64,000 nucleotides of DNA from assembly GCA_002811645.1 (NCBI GenBank), contig PDIP01000021.1, positions 232,040 through 296,039 of the forward strand. Reading direction: 5' to 3'. The notes below the pieces were generated by a model. That model saw only the letters and a list, made by a program, of their open reading frames with translations, had not been told where the DNA came from and did not search any database. Both the position numbers and the translations under genes were made by a program. Below, one piece after another: positions 1-11,537 of this stretch (positions are counted from its first letter, which is position 1; each line of letters starts with the position of its first letter). Origin of the DNA: Corallochytrium limacisporum Hawaii. Taxonomy: Eukaryota > Protista > Pluriformea.

Positions 1-1265
1 ATGTAGAAGCACTGCTCAATCTTCTCGGGATCTCCCTCCTTGACCTCACCAGTGCGGTCCTTAATCAGAGTGATCTGCTGGGTGTTGAAGGTGTAGATCA
101 AGCAAGGACCCTGATCCATGACTTTAGCCATAGCCAGATCTACGCCACGGAGGTCCAAGATCTTGGCGTCGACGTAGACACCCTGCTGAACACGCTGCTC
201 TACCTGGGCGCTCACCATATTCAAGAAACCTTCCGAGCTCCACTCTCCCAGAGTGTCCAAATCGCCCCGCAAGTATGCTTCCAGAACGGTCGGTGCAATG
301 AAAGACTCAACTTCACGAGTGAATTTCTCCTTGTTGAACTTGGGCTCAACGCGAGCAATCTCCTCCAGGGTCTCCTTCATCTCAGATTGAGTAAACATGC
401 CACCAAAGATTTCGGTGAAACGGTCAGTCACATCACGAGCCACCCGGACAACGGGATGATCGCTCTCATCGAACTGCATCTTCAGACCGTAGAAACGCTG
501 GAACACCGGGTTGTTCTCTTTGAAATTTTCCCATTCCATTCGGAAGCGACTTTCCTTGTGGAGCTCAACATCAGTAGCCTCCTCATTTGCCTCAACCTTG
601 CGCTGCTTGGCTCGTTGAGCGCGACGACTTGCTCCACGGGGACCACGATATGGAGCAGATCGAGCGGCGGCATCATCTAGCAGCTCCTGGCGAATGTAGG
701 ATAACTGGTCCTGCAGGAAAGAGAAAGCTTCCTGGTCACCGGCCTCCTTCTCGGTTCCACCGTGGTTACCTTTACCGGCTCCAGCAGATCCCGATTCACC
801 CCCAGCCTTGGCACTGGCCTGACTAGTGCTGGCCTTAGCTTGCTCAGCAGCCTTCTTGGCAGCGTCCTTTGCCTTGTCCATACCCTCGGTTGCCTCCTTC
901 TGCAGGGTATCCAGACGGTTCTTGATCGCGTCAGCCATGTCCCCAAATGACTTCTTGAAGTTCTCACCGGCCTTAGCTGCAGAGCCCTCGGCACCCTGGG
1001 CGAACTCCTTAGCCTTCTTTAAAGCCTCACTCTCACTCAGTTTGCCAGCCTCCGTTTCGAGGTTATTCAACTTGTCCTGCATTTCTTTATTTTTCTCGAA
1101 TCCCTTTTTGGCATTGTCGACGAACTGCTTGAAGATGCTCATGGGCCGCCGGGTGCCTGTGACTGGCACAGAGAATCTGTAGAGTCCATATGTCGAGCGA
1201 ATGGCAGTGACAGCGTTCGCTTGTCCCGTACGGGTCAGCGCACCGCTTGCAACGTGTCTCAGCAT
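1..1265 (-). CDS. TIMM44: Mitochondrial import inner membrane translocase subunit Tim44 (3' end runs off the window)
   Basis: Not in the ORF track because there is no stop in the window. Manual translation from ATG at 1265: Arg-rich presequence MLRHVASGALTRTGQ..., then SIFKQFVDNAKKGFEKNKEMQ, WENFKENNPVFQRF and the Tim44 C-terminal domain (LEAYLRGDLDTLGEWSSE, KILDLRGVDLAMAKVMDQGPCLIYTFNTQQI, GEVKEGDPEKI). Confidence 0.93.
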   Translation of the reverse strand, partial: MLRHVASGALTRTGQANAVTAIRSTYGLYRFSVPVTGTRRPMSIFKQFVDNAKKGFEKNKEMQDKLNNLETEAGKLSESEALKKAKEFAQGAEGSAAKAGENFKKSFGDMADAIKNRLDTLQKEATEGMDKAKDAAKKAAEQAKASTSQASAKAGGESGSAGAGKGNHGGTEKEAGDQEAFSFLQDQLSYIRQELLDDAAARSAPYRGPRGASRRAQRAKQRKVEANEEATDVELHKESRFRMEWENFKENNPVFQRFYGLKMQFDESDHPVVRVARDVTDRFTEIFGGMFTQSEMKETLEEIARVEPKFNKEKFTREVESFIAPTVLEAYLRGDLDTLGEWSSEGFLNMVSAQVEQRVQQGVYVDAKILDLRGVDLAMAKVMDQGPCLIYTFNTQQITLIKDRTGEVKEGDPEKIEQCFY

Positions 1266-1289
1266 GTTTGCCAGTTTTTTGTTTGCTCT

Positions 1290-1356
1290 CTACAAGAATA
1301 CAAACGACTACGTCATCACAGTCCTCTTTAGAACCTAGCGGCACAGATTCTTATAC
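1290..1356 (-). other. Candidate 5'-UTR spliceosomal intron of TIM44 (67 nt)
   Basis: Minus strand GTATAAG ... TTTGTATTCTTGTAG, ending 24 nt before the ATG. Confidence 0.45.
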
Positions 1357-1851
1357 CCGTCTGTACCTTTGCTCTCTGAAACTTGGCGGGCCTTGTACAT
1401 GTGTACTAATCAATGAATTGGACCTATCACCCCACATAATCCCCAGCCGTAACCAAAAGACACGAAATTGTCGGATCGTGTATCGGTGCCAGGGGCACAT
1501 GACCGCCACCATCTGGCAACCCCTTTTCCAACGGGCCATCCGAGCGGGCCTCACCTGCGGCCTCCACCGGCTATGTGTCTTGGCCGTCGTTTGAAAATGT
1601 ATGGGATGGGGCATCCCACTCCCCCGCCCGGCCGGGAGGGTTCTCAGGCACTAAAATGTTCCTGACCAAGTAGAAATATTTGATATACTTACGTCTATAA
1701 ATAGAAACCGGATGCCCGAAGATATCAACCATCGAATACTAATTATAATATACTGAATGGTTTTGAAATTTGCTGAAGAGGCCTTCAACGTAGTATCGAG
1801 ACCAACAGCCCCCTCTGTACAAGGGAAGCACGCAGCACACACACAAATTAT

Positions 1852-1889
1852 CACACGTGTGTAAAAAGTGTGGAAAAACCAATAATTGG
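1852..1889. promoter_or_regulatory. E-box (CACGTG 1854-1859) plus inverted CCAAT pair (1879-1889) in the divergent TIM44/NSA2 promoter region
   Basis: Palindrome CACACGTGTG followed by CCAAT-A-ATTGG; motif match only. Confidence 0.3.
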
Positions 1890-2716
1890 GCTTGGAAAGT
1901 GCAAAAACATGGTGCTTTGGGTATGGTACTTTGGCCCGGTGGCAGTGAGTGCTGAAGGCCCTACTTTGGGTATGGAGCGGGAAGAAAGAACAGTTGAAGG
2001 GATGCTCGGGCGGTACATTCAGAACTGGCAGGGCTGGGTCTGAGTTTGCTCAGGGCATGTGCGCGTCTCAAGGACTGAATAAACGGGTTCAGCAGTTTTG
2101 AGCGAAGTACTTCCTGCATCGAACCCGAGGGACAGAGGCGGGGTGGTGGGGAAATTAGTTCCTCCATTGCTGCTTTTCTTTTCGGCTTGAGACCCGCCCA
2201 GTACATTCAGTATGGTCGGGCCTCGACTCTGGGCACCACACCCCACATTTATTTCCCATTTGGCAGGGGGGTTTCTTTCGTCGGCGCACGAACGGCACAG
2301 TGGTCTGGACGGTTAAACGGCGAGTCTTTTCAATGCATTTCTGTTTCAATTGCCATGAATCGGGTATTTTGGACGACTATAGGTACCTGAATACGAAGGA
2401 CATTTTTTCAATGATTTAGTAACCATAGTAGTGAAATTTTGCAACTCTGGTGAGATCTAGCCCAAAATACGGCAACGTCTGCAAGTCCAAGTAGCCGGTC
2501 TTACATTCACACGTTCGGTGACCTATCATTTGAAGGAAGAGACTCACCGACGAAGTTTTAAGGGTTGCCATTATTTTTGTAGGTCAAGTCGATTCTAATT
2601 CAAATCAGAACAGGTGTACTGAGTTGGAGCGAGGACACAAATAATTAGCTGTTCGCTGTTACTAGTTAGCGGTTGTACCACGGGCTGTCGATATTAGCTA
2701 GACATCATCAAACAAT

Positions 2717-3499
2717 ATGCCACAAAACGAATACATTGAGCAGGCTGTCAAGGGCCACGGTAGGCGTCTTGATTATGAAGAGCGTAAGCGCAAGAAAGAG
2801 GCCCGTAAGGTTCATGAGCAGTCAGAGAAAGCAAAGAAGCTCTTCGGTTTGAAGGCTAAGCTGTATGCCAAGAAGCGCCATAGCGAGAAGGTACAGATGA
2901 AAAAGACCATCAAGGAGCATCAAGAAAAGAAGGAGAAGCAGCAGGCGGATGACAAGGTTCAGGAGGGAGCCATCCCGGCCTACCTCTTGGATCGTCAGAA
3001 GGAGACCCGTGCGAAGGTCCTTAGCAATATGGTCAAGCAGAAGCGTAAGGAGAAGGCTGGCAAATGGGATGTCCCAATTCCAAAGGTGAAGGCTGTCGGG
3101 GAGGATGAAATGTTCAAAGTAGTCGCATCCGGTAAGCGGAAGAAGAATGCATGGAAGCGTATGGTCACGAAGGTGACCTTTGTCGGCGAAGGCTTTACGC
3201 GTAAACCGCCGAAGTACGAACGCTTTATCCGACCCATGGCCCTGCGTTTCAAGAAGGCAAATGTCACTCATCCTGAGTTGAAGGCTACCTTCCAGCTACC
3301 TATCATTGGTGTCAAAAAGAATCCCAGCTCTCCCATGTACACGCAACTCGGCGTCATGACCAAGGGCACTATTATCGAAGTGAACGTTAGTGAACTGGGT
3401 CTGGTCACAACTACTGGTAAGGTTGTGTGGGGCAAGTATGCACAGATCACGAACAATCCTGAGAATGATGGATGCATCAACGCGATCCTCCTTGTGTAA
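2717..3499 (+). CDS. NSA2: Ribosome biogenesis protein NSA2 (pre-60S)
   Basis: 260 aa with diagnostic MPQNEYIE...HGRRLD start, [15 protein letters not shown] and C-terminal [21 protein letters not shown]. Confidence 0.98.
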   Translation: MPQNEYIEQAVKGHGRRLDYEERKRKKEARKVHEQSEKAKKLFGLKAKLYAKKRHSEKVQMKKTIKEHQEKKEKQQADDKVQEGAIPAYLLDRQKETRAKVLSNMVKQKRKEKAGKWDVPIPKVKAVGEDEMFKVVASGKRKKNAWKRMVTKVTFVGEGFTRKPPKYERFIRPMALRFKKANVTHPELKATFQLPIIGVKKNPSSPMYTQLGVMTKGTIIEVNVSELGLVTTTGKVVWGKYAQITNNPENDGCINAILLV

Positions 3500-6400
3500 C
3501 AGGGATGACGTATCTCAAATCATTTACTCTGTTCTTCCAACATCATCATTTAACACATCATTTGGCATTTATTACATAACATAGTTCTTGGTGAAAGTCT
3601 ATTTGTCGCTTCATTCACACAGCGCACCGCTGATTGTGTGCTCATCCACTTTTTCATCCGCCCCCAAAGCTATTAATTAGGTCTTCAGTTGTGATTCATC
3701 CGCTCCGCCTAGGAATCAATTGTAAGTGGCTCTTTGGCAGTCAAGACAAAGCGGACATCCAAAGGCCATCCAACGGGGTGGCGGAGAAATCAACGCTTTC
3801 TTTAAAACTCAAAACCACATCTGCTAATAGTTGCACAATAATACGGTCGCGTATCAATTCCACGAGTACAGTACTTGGAATGGACAAACCGTGTGGGCGT
3901 GTTCGCGAGTATTCGCACCCTACGACTGGCACACCATGGCGATGTGTCCGTTGTCTTAAAGAACAAGTTCGGATCGCAGGAGTCAGATCTCCCTAGGGGA
4001 CTGACGAAAACACACAGCTTCGAAAACTGGAGAGCGCAGGGCATGCTACCCTGGTTCCCGGAACCGGAGCTTCAAAGTGTGTACGTTGCTGGGTGTAGAA
4101 CTTTTGTGTGTGGTGCAAAAATATGCGGTGTCGCTAGAGAAAACAGTCTATGCGCTCCAAGAATTCTGCAGCGGGCCTGCATCCAATGTCGTGATCCAGC
4201 ATCGTGATGATCGCTCATGCTTTTCATAAGATATGTTTGTATGTGTACACTGCACCACCACACATACATGATCGTGGTTTTTCACTAACAGAACTCCGGG
4301 ACAATAGCAACCGATACCACACGACGAGCACCACCTTTGACATTTTACCGCAACCATTATCGGCGTGTCCATCGAGCGGTCGCATATGGTGTGTTCAACT
4401 CCTGCTTCTTGCCATATTATCTTCGGCATTATTTACTGATGTCTGTCATTCCAACGGTCAATCAGTCATCACAGAAATAGAGAAACCAGTGCTTCCGAGG
4501 AGTGTCAAAACTTGAATTCCTAAGGGACTGTTAGACGGGGAAGTGCGATACCTGAAGACATGAGCCACTGTCTGTTTTGATCCTGAATATATAGAAAAGT
4601 GTGGAAAGGATCCAAGTATCCAAAGAAATCAAACCTACATATCCAAGAAGTCAAAGCTTATCGTCGTCTGCTGATGCTGATGCTCTGCGTGAGATGCTTC
4701 GCCGCAGGTGTGTGGAGGGGTACTTCGTGGGTTACTTGCAAACAGAAACAATTAAGCTAGTATTAAACACAGCGGCTTCTGAACAGGGCATCCAAACACT
4801 GTCCCCCAGAGCATGTCAGTACAGTCGATCTGTAGATCCCTATTCCGTCTGGCTTGCTGCGCCTTTGTCGTTTCAAGAAGGACCAAAAAGATTGTTTGGA
4901 ACACAAAAGTCATTGGAATTCAAGAAGTTTTGAGGAGCAAAGCAAGCCCAAAACAAGCTGGAAACATAGCTAATGGAAGATCGTAGGAAGTGATAAAACT
5001 TAACTGCTACGTGCACAGGCCGCCACTAACAGAGTACCAATCCAAGACCGACTGTGGGGTAAGCAATGAGTTTAGTGATTGGCAGACGATGCAGTAGTTA
5101 ATACATCATAAGTTCTAACCAATTCTGTCCACGGAGACTGTGGCGTGCCTCGGAAGATATGTGTATGCATCGATGGTGCCTACCGCTATCTGGTTCTCAG
5201 TGCTGCCGACGAGGTAGTAAAGGATGGTCCGTTTTGCCACAAGATTCGTATATAGTTGGTGTGTCTTGCTTACCGGAGGCGCCGAACGGGTGTGACTTGG
5301 AAACAAAAGTCCCGGACAAGAGAAGGGAGCGAACACCCAATTTGACAGCCGCAAGGTACCTACCCGTCAGGGCCTCGGCGTATATTATGTTGATAGCGGA
5401 GACACAAGAGATGGTTTGGGCGGCACGGGCAAAGTCACATAGTGCTTGGGAAAAAATGGCGCGGGACCTTGGGAAGGCGCCAGAGTGCGGTAGACCTAAA
5501 ACCCACAGGTGGGTACGGCACTTGGGGCCATATCAATAGAATGGTAAAATTACAATGAAGCGCGATGTAAGACCAACAAAACTGTCTTGTTCGGAACCCT
5601 CGCTCTATTATACGTTCATTAGTTATGAAATCAAAACGGTAGAGAAACCGCTATGACGAATTTTCACGACATGGGTTAAGTAGTAAACGATAGGAGGTAG
5701 GGATGGGGTTGAGGGTTAACAGCATATGAGCGATGATGGCCGTTCGTAATTACGGTATGCAATCTGTTGAAACGGTCATACGCGTAAGATTTGCATTCAT
5801 ACAACCGGATGTTTGATTGCGTAGTTGGCCAACTATAGAGCTGACAACTTTTCTATGACCGAGACGTACCGGACACAGGGTCCCTTCTTTTTTTATACAC
5901 CAAAGACAGAAAAAACAAAGAAGGAGGCAAATTCCTATGATTGTTTCAAGGATACATACCGAAAAAGGGAGGGGAGGGAGCAGCTGGAGTGCCCTCGTAT
6001 CCGAAACAGGAAAGGAGAAGGGGAGGGAGGGGGGGGGAATGGAAGGCATCGAATACACTCACCGCCATCATCCCACACTACCGCAGTAGGAGAGATTTTC
6101 AAGCCTGCCACCGGGTAGCCAAACGATGGTCATAGCTCTATTGCTCACCCTGCAGGAAATTTTTTCCGGGCGTCAATTACATTCGCCTTTGTTCTCCGGT
6201 TCCCTCCTCCGCGATGCATCCCCACACAGACCGGTCATTTCCGTCCGGCCGTCGGGCCGTTTCGCCTTAATGCTTTTTTGGCGGTGGCTTTTTACCAATA
6301 CTGTCACGCATACCAGCCAATGGGGCTCCCTGTCACTAGTGGTAGTTCTGAAAAAGTATCCTTTTTAGTCTCCAAGAGGTAAAATGTCTTTACCAGTCCA

Positions 6401-8841
6401 GTTCCTGCGCAGCAACAGAAGACATTAATGACAACTTTCAGATCTTGCAATGCTTCCTATTTCTGCGATGCAAGAAAATTTTAACTCTCATGATCAAAAT
6501 TGGATTTAGCCCAAACAAAAACATCGCCATGCCGTGCCTGTCAAAGACGTGAGCTATGAAATTTCCCATCAGTATCAAACAACCAGGGCCCCCTGCACCA
6601 TTAAGTAAACCGCACCAGAACACACGCTGCTCGGATGGCAGCCGCATCCCAGCAGCAGGTCAGGTCTCTTTTCTCCTGTAAGGCGTCCGTGATCGGTTAC
6701 TACAGAAAAAGCCAGGCCCGTTATAATGTGTAGACTTAGAGAATGTGAGAGGACACACAAGGGGACGATGTGATGCATTTCCGGCATGTCCTCAAACCGC
6801 TCGCATCACAAAGAGCATTGGCAAAACTGAGCAAGTTGTCCGCCGAAGGAAGCAAAATCCATGCAGGGATAGAACTAAGAGTATAGCATAAAGTACTATT
6901 AGTATATGCTTGGGGCTGACATACCTATCTTATCTCTCTACCTAACCCGGCTATTATCGCGCAGCCGCTGCACTAAAGTGGAGAACCGGGATCGCACCGA
7001 AACACCTCTGTGTAGTGATGCGGGCTGGTACGTATAAAATGTCACTCTGGATATATTGTCCAAGCTCTGTTCTTACGGATTCGATCTGTGTCTGTGCGTG
7101 TGCGCAGCTGTAAGCTTTTTCTTTTTTGTGATAGTGAAATGTGCGGTCGTGTCGGGACGCTGCGGTTTCTTCAGAATATTGTTCTGTGGCACTCTGTGAC
7201 TGACTCCTGGGCCGTGTCCTTTCTATACTTGAACCTAGCCGAAAATTGGCCTTTCCGGTACTGACGCGCTGGAAATCATCTGATGTTTTCTGTCTTCATG
7301 TCGCTTCCTTGCGCTCGCGTTTCTTCAGTGCTGGTGATGGCTGACCCAGGGAATTGAGGTGTTTCCATAGTCCCTCCAGTGAATTGGGCTACAGGACTTT
7401 GACATACTGTTACGGGTCGTGGGCAGGTGGACCTTGAACCGCGTACCCCTTAACCGGTGATGATCTGCTAACGCGAGGATCGCCCACTGCCCTCCCCACA
7501 CATCGAGCTACGGGGCATTTTGGATAGATAGGGGAACATTTGGGAAGTGCGAAAAGGGGAGACCCCGCTGTGTCATCCACTGTTTCCCGTCATTTATTGG
7601 GCCCAAACCTGACGACGTTTGTGGGGGTTGCCAACATTTTTGTGGCTTCGAAGCGACCAACCTTGGGTGAGAGAAGAGACGAGAGTGGGAGAGTAAGCAA
7701 GAAAAGGAGGAAGTGGCCACGAGAATACAAAGGGCAATGAGAGATATGAATTATTGTTGGGACCTCGGACCCAGGCGGTTGGTTGGTGCGGTGCGGCATG
7801 TAGGGCGGGTGGGTATTTTGTAACCGCCTACCACCCTTTCAAGAAGTATGGTACAATGATACCATCATCTACGGGAAGGATCGGTGCCCGTGGTGCGCTT
7901 CGCCCCGACCGTCGTTCCTTCGTTATTCTCTCGTTCCCGTCGCTTCTCAACCAACTCAAATTTTAATTGCGTGCTGCTGATGTATATAGCCTGGCTTGGT
8001 AGTCATTCTCTGGCTTCACTAGGTGCAAGATAATTAGATAGCCAAAGTGCAGGACCCCCCTATCCGCGGGTCTACCGTTCTCCCTGCCCCTCCGTGTGCG
8101 GGGAAAGAGGCCCGAAAGAGAAGGGTGGAGGAGGGGTGAGGCAGTAGTAGTAGTGTAGTAGTTGTGGTAGTTTCAATACCTTCGCAGCGGGCTTTGCTCC
8201 CCTGTGCCTGGGGTGGTGACCTCCCCTTTTGCCCTTCCCCTTTTGCCCTTCGCTCCTCCCTTTTGTTTTCTTCCACAAGAAGAAAAAAAAAATCTCCGCC
8301 GAAGAAACTATTGCAGTAGTTGTCTAATTGAAACCCTAGGTACAGAACTGCGAAGAGGGAGGAACTGTCCACCCATGGGGAGGAAGGAAGGGAAGAGGAG
8401 GAGGGGGAGGTAGGCTGAACGGGGACATCGCAGTGTCTTTTTAGAAATCGTCGCTATTTCGCAATGGATTTGGAACGAGGGCTCTAGTCATTGTCTCGGC
8501 GAGAAAGGTTTTGGTCAGTTTCGTGATGTTCCCATTGTACTGTGGTCAATATTTTCATGGCATGACCAAATAAGTTGGTTGCACGACATGGCTATTTGGA
8601 ACACGGTTTTGAATCGTGGCACGTCTGTGAATATCAGAAAACCCAAAATGACCTTTGGCGCACGGAATAGAAACAGTCTGTGGAAGCAACCAGAATCCGA
8701 TCTTGAAGAGCACATAGTATTCCAAGGGATTTCATTGGTAGACCAGTAACATAAACCACACCCCGTCTCAGAAATATGCGTTAAGTTCGCGTTTTATAGA
8801 CCAAAGTCAAGCAGAGTTGTGATCACAAGACGGTGACAACC

Positions 8842-11319
8842 ATGACTGGCTCTCAAGGCGAGTCTCCTAATGACGGAGACTCTGCGGCGAAACAGCCTTC
8901 GCCGAACCCCAAGGCTCCATTGCCACAAACAAAGGACGCAATAATTGCCCAAATCCTGGAGTACAAGCCGGACTATGAAGAAACAGATTTGCCGGAGCAA
9001 GAACTTCTGAAAGTTCTACGAAAACTTCGGTCAAAGCACACACGGAGTTTAAGGAAGAAGACTAAGGTATACAGGGAAAACCACAGCTTGATTGAGAAAA
9101 GACGAAGAGACAAAATCAACCAGTGTATTTCAGATCTGGCGGCCCTTTTGCCAAACGTCCAGGACGTTGAGAAAATTGACAAGAGCAGTGTTTTGGTTGC
9201 AACCGTTGCATTCGTTAAAGAAGTAACGCAAAACGGTGCTCTCACAGGTACCGGTCTGAGTAGGCTTTCAGCGTCAAATGCAGGAGCAGCTGCATCCCGC
9301 AGCTCAACCCTGCCGACCGCAAGCACGGGAAGTTCCGCCGCAGGACGGTTCGTAGAACTTGATGCCGAGACATTCGTACCCAGAAATTTCGCTGATGAGT
9401 GGAGGAAGTTTGTCAGTGCAACATTGCAGGGTATGGCTATCGTCTGCAATGGCCAAATGGTAATCACACAGGTGAGCCCCAGTTTCACAAGGGTCAGCGG
9501 CTGGATGATTGAAAGTATCCGGGGCGTGCACCTTGCAAAACTGATTGCACCGGAAGTCCTCCCTCTTTTCAAGCAAGTCCTGCAAACATTGGAAGTAGCT
9601 AGTAGACGTGGAATTCGGACCACTGGAGGTCAGCCAATCAAAACCGTCATTCGAGCGAGCAACGGGGAAAACTTGGCCCTGCACGGTCAAATTCAACGTT
9701 TTGCTTCGCAGTCGGAAATCTACTATGCCATGATGATGTATCCTGTGGGAGGTGCTGTCATGAACAGAATGGTGCCTCCTGCACCTGAAGCGCAACATGC
9801 CGCTGCACTTGCTGGTAAGGAACACCCCGCAGATAGTCTTGCTGCGATGCGGAACATGAAGCCAAGTTACGGGTCCGATGCGAGAGACCTCATGATGCCT
9901 CATGTGACCGCTGCCGCTCATGAAGTAGCGGCTAGGGGCCATCATCGTCCTATGAGGGCGACTGAACCGCAGCCTCGGACACGAAGCCCTGTTGTTGACG
10001 ATGGATCTCGCGGGGCGGCTGCCATATCCTCAGGTCATGCAGCGCCACCTCCGTCACAGCAGCAGCAACAACAGCAGCCGCAGCAACAACAACCGCCGCA
10101 GCAGCCGCCATCACAGCAACCGCCGCCTCAGCAGCCGCAGCAATCGCAGACTAGTGTGCCCCCGCAGGCCCAAAGTGCAGTTATTGGACCGGACCAAGCA
10201 GCCGGATCAACAAACAAGCAACAAGAGCAGGTTGCAGTCTCAAAGCACACACTGGATGGTACATTCTGTCATGCAAGTTCACCTGCTAGCGATATCTTTG
10301 GCGATTCGGTGAAGAATCTGCTTGGCCAGAATATCATGCATATGTGCACAACTTCGGATGCTCCCAAGCTGCAGGACGCCTTTGGTGAAGCCATGAGAAA
10401 GAACGAACAGAACACAGTCGAAATTGTCTTTGTCAGGCCCAACGGCACGTTGGCTCGGGTTGAGATCAAGATTCGCCCGTTCCTCAACCCTATCACTCGC
10501 AACGTTGAGTTCATGTTGTTAATGAGCAAGATTATTGAAGAAATTGGTCAAATGGGCAATGGAACAAACATCGCCAACGGCAACACAAGATTGAAGCGTG
10601 AAGCGGATGATCACACTCAGCCATCGTTCGACAGCGCAGTCGGTGGTCCGGGACCAAATTCGTCGGCATCGTCTGCACCACTGTCTCGACTCCTGATGTC
10701 ATTACAACAGCCTGAAGAATTTGATTTTCCATTGCCTGCAATGGCGCGGAACTCGAATAGTGGTATCAGTGGCATGCGAAGCTCCGATAGTGGTGTGGCT
10801 GGGTTGGAACCACGCTCTTCTGGCGAGGCCACAGACTTACCTGGTCTTGGCGTTGGGCAAGCCACACATCAAGCAAATCCGTTCCTGGCCAAAGCCACCA
10901 CTGACCGGCCGCAGGAATCTGCAAGTGCAGCAGCGCTAAGCCGGGCAATGTACAGTCCGCAGACCATCAAGAAGGAGTTCCCCGTCGGTTCGGCTCCAGA
11001 GAATGGTACTGCCGCAGCCCCAAGCGATGGAAACGACTTTTTGGCTTTCCTGGGCGCCGGTGGCGACGCCACTACCGCGGCCAACAACCCCGGCAATGTT
11101 ACTGGTGGCGTCGATTTCGAAAACCCAGCCTACAACATGCTAAAGCAGCGACCCAACGACACAATCCCTGGGTTCCCAAAACCACTTGGAGTCCCCATGG
11201 GTGCGGGAACAACCCCTGTGGATGATGGTATGATCAAATTCCGTCGCACGAACGACATTGGCAACGGTATTGGCAATGACAAATTGTACGCAGCGGACAA
11301 CAGCAGTGCCAACTGGTGA
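8842..11319 (+). CDS. bHLH-PAS transcription factor, ARNT/BMAL(CYCLE)-like
   Basis: bHLH RENHSLIEKRRRDKINQCISDLAALLP...IDKSSVL; degenerate PAS-A (GMAIVCNGQMVITQVSPSFTRVSGW); PAS-B/PAC VSKHTLDGTFCH...LLGQNI...RPFLNPITRNVEFM resembles ARNT/BMAL. First ATG at 8842 (ORF track starts at a GTG). Confidence 0.88.
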   Translation: MTGSQGESPNDGDSAAKQPSPNPKAPLPQTKDAIIAQILEYKPDYEETDLPEQELLKVLRKLRSKHTRSLRKKTKVYRENHSLIEKRRRDKINQCISDLAALLPNVQDVEKIDKSSVLVATVAFVKEVTQNGALTGTGLSRLSASNAGAAASRSSTLPTASTGSSAAGRFVELDAETFVPRNFADEWRKFVSATLQGMAIVCNGQMVITQVSPSFTRVSGWMIESIRGVHLAKLIAPEVLPLFKQVLQTLEVASRRGIRTTGGQPIKTVIRASNGENLALHGQIQRFASQSEIYYAMMMYPVGGAVMNRMVPPAPEAQHAAALAGKEHPADSLAAMRNMKPSYGSDARDLMMPHVTAAAHEVAARGHHRPMRATEPQPRTRSPVVDDGSRGAAAISSGHAAPPPSQQQQQQQPQQQQPPQQPPSQQPPPQQPQQSQTSVPPQAQSAVIGPDQAAGSTNKQQEQVAVSKHTLDGTFCHASSPASDIFGDSVKNLLGQNIMHMCTTSDAPKLQDAFGEAMRKNEQNTVEIVFVRPNGTLARVEIKIRPFLNPITRNVEFMLLMSKIIEEIGQMGNGTNIANGNTRLKREADDHTQPSFDSAVGGPGPNSSASSAPLSRLLMSLQQPEEFDFPLPAMARNSNSGISGMRSSDSGVAGLEPRSSGEATDLPGLGVGQATHQANPFLAKATTDRPQESASAAALSRAMYSPQTIKKEFPVGSAPENGTAAAPSDGNDFLAFLGAGGDATTAANNPGNVTGGVDFENPAYNMLKQRPNDTIPGFPKPLGVPMGAGTTPVDDGMIKFRRTNDIGNGIGNDKLYAADNSSANW
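10057..10143 (+). repeat. CAG/CAA/CCG low-complexity tract encoding poly-Q/P inside the bHLH-PAS gene
   Basis: QQQQQQQPQQQQPPQQPPSQQPPPQQPQQ read directly. Confidence 0.9.
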
Positions 11320-11537
11320 AAGGTTGCCTATGACCTCAATTTAAAGAAAATGGGACTAGTGAGAAACATCAAACCATACCTGTGACTTCTAAATTGCATG
11401 CGCTTTTGTGTGAGCGCACCGAGGGAGTTAAATAAACCTTCTACCAATTTGTTCCTGCGTTTTCAATTCTAACGATTGTGTTAAACATTTACGTGGGTGT
11501 CTCGGTATTCTTTCTTTGCTCTTGGAGTTCTCAAAAA

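Noticed and set aside
2401-2440. Yeast RRPE-like TGAAATTTT upstream of NSA2 suggesting a ribosome-biogenesis regulon
   Set aside because: No convincing copies or PAC motifs upstream of AAMP, PNO1 or EXOSC3.
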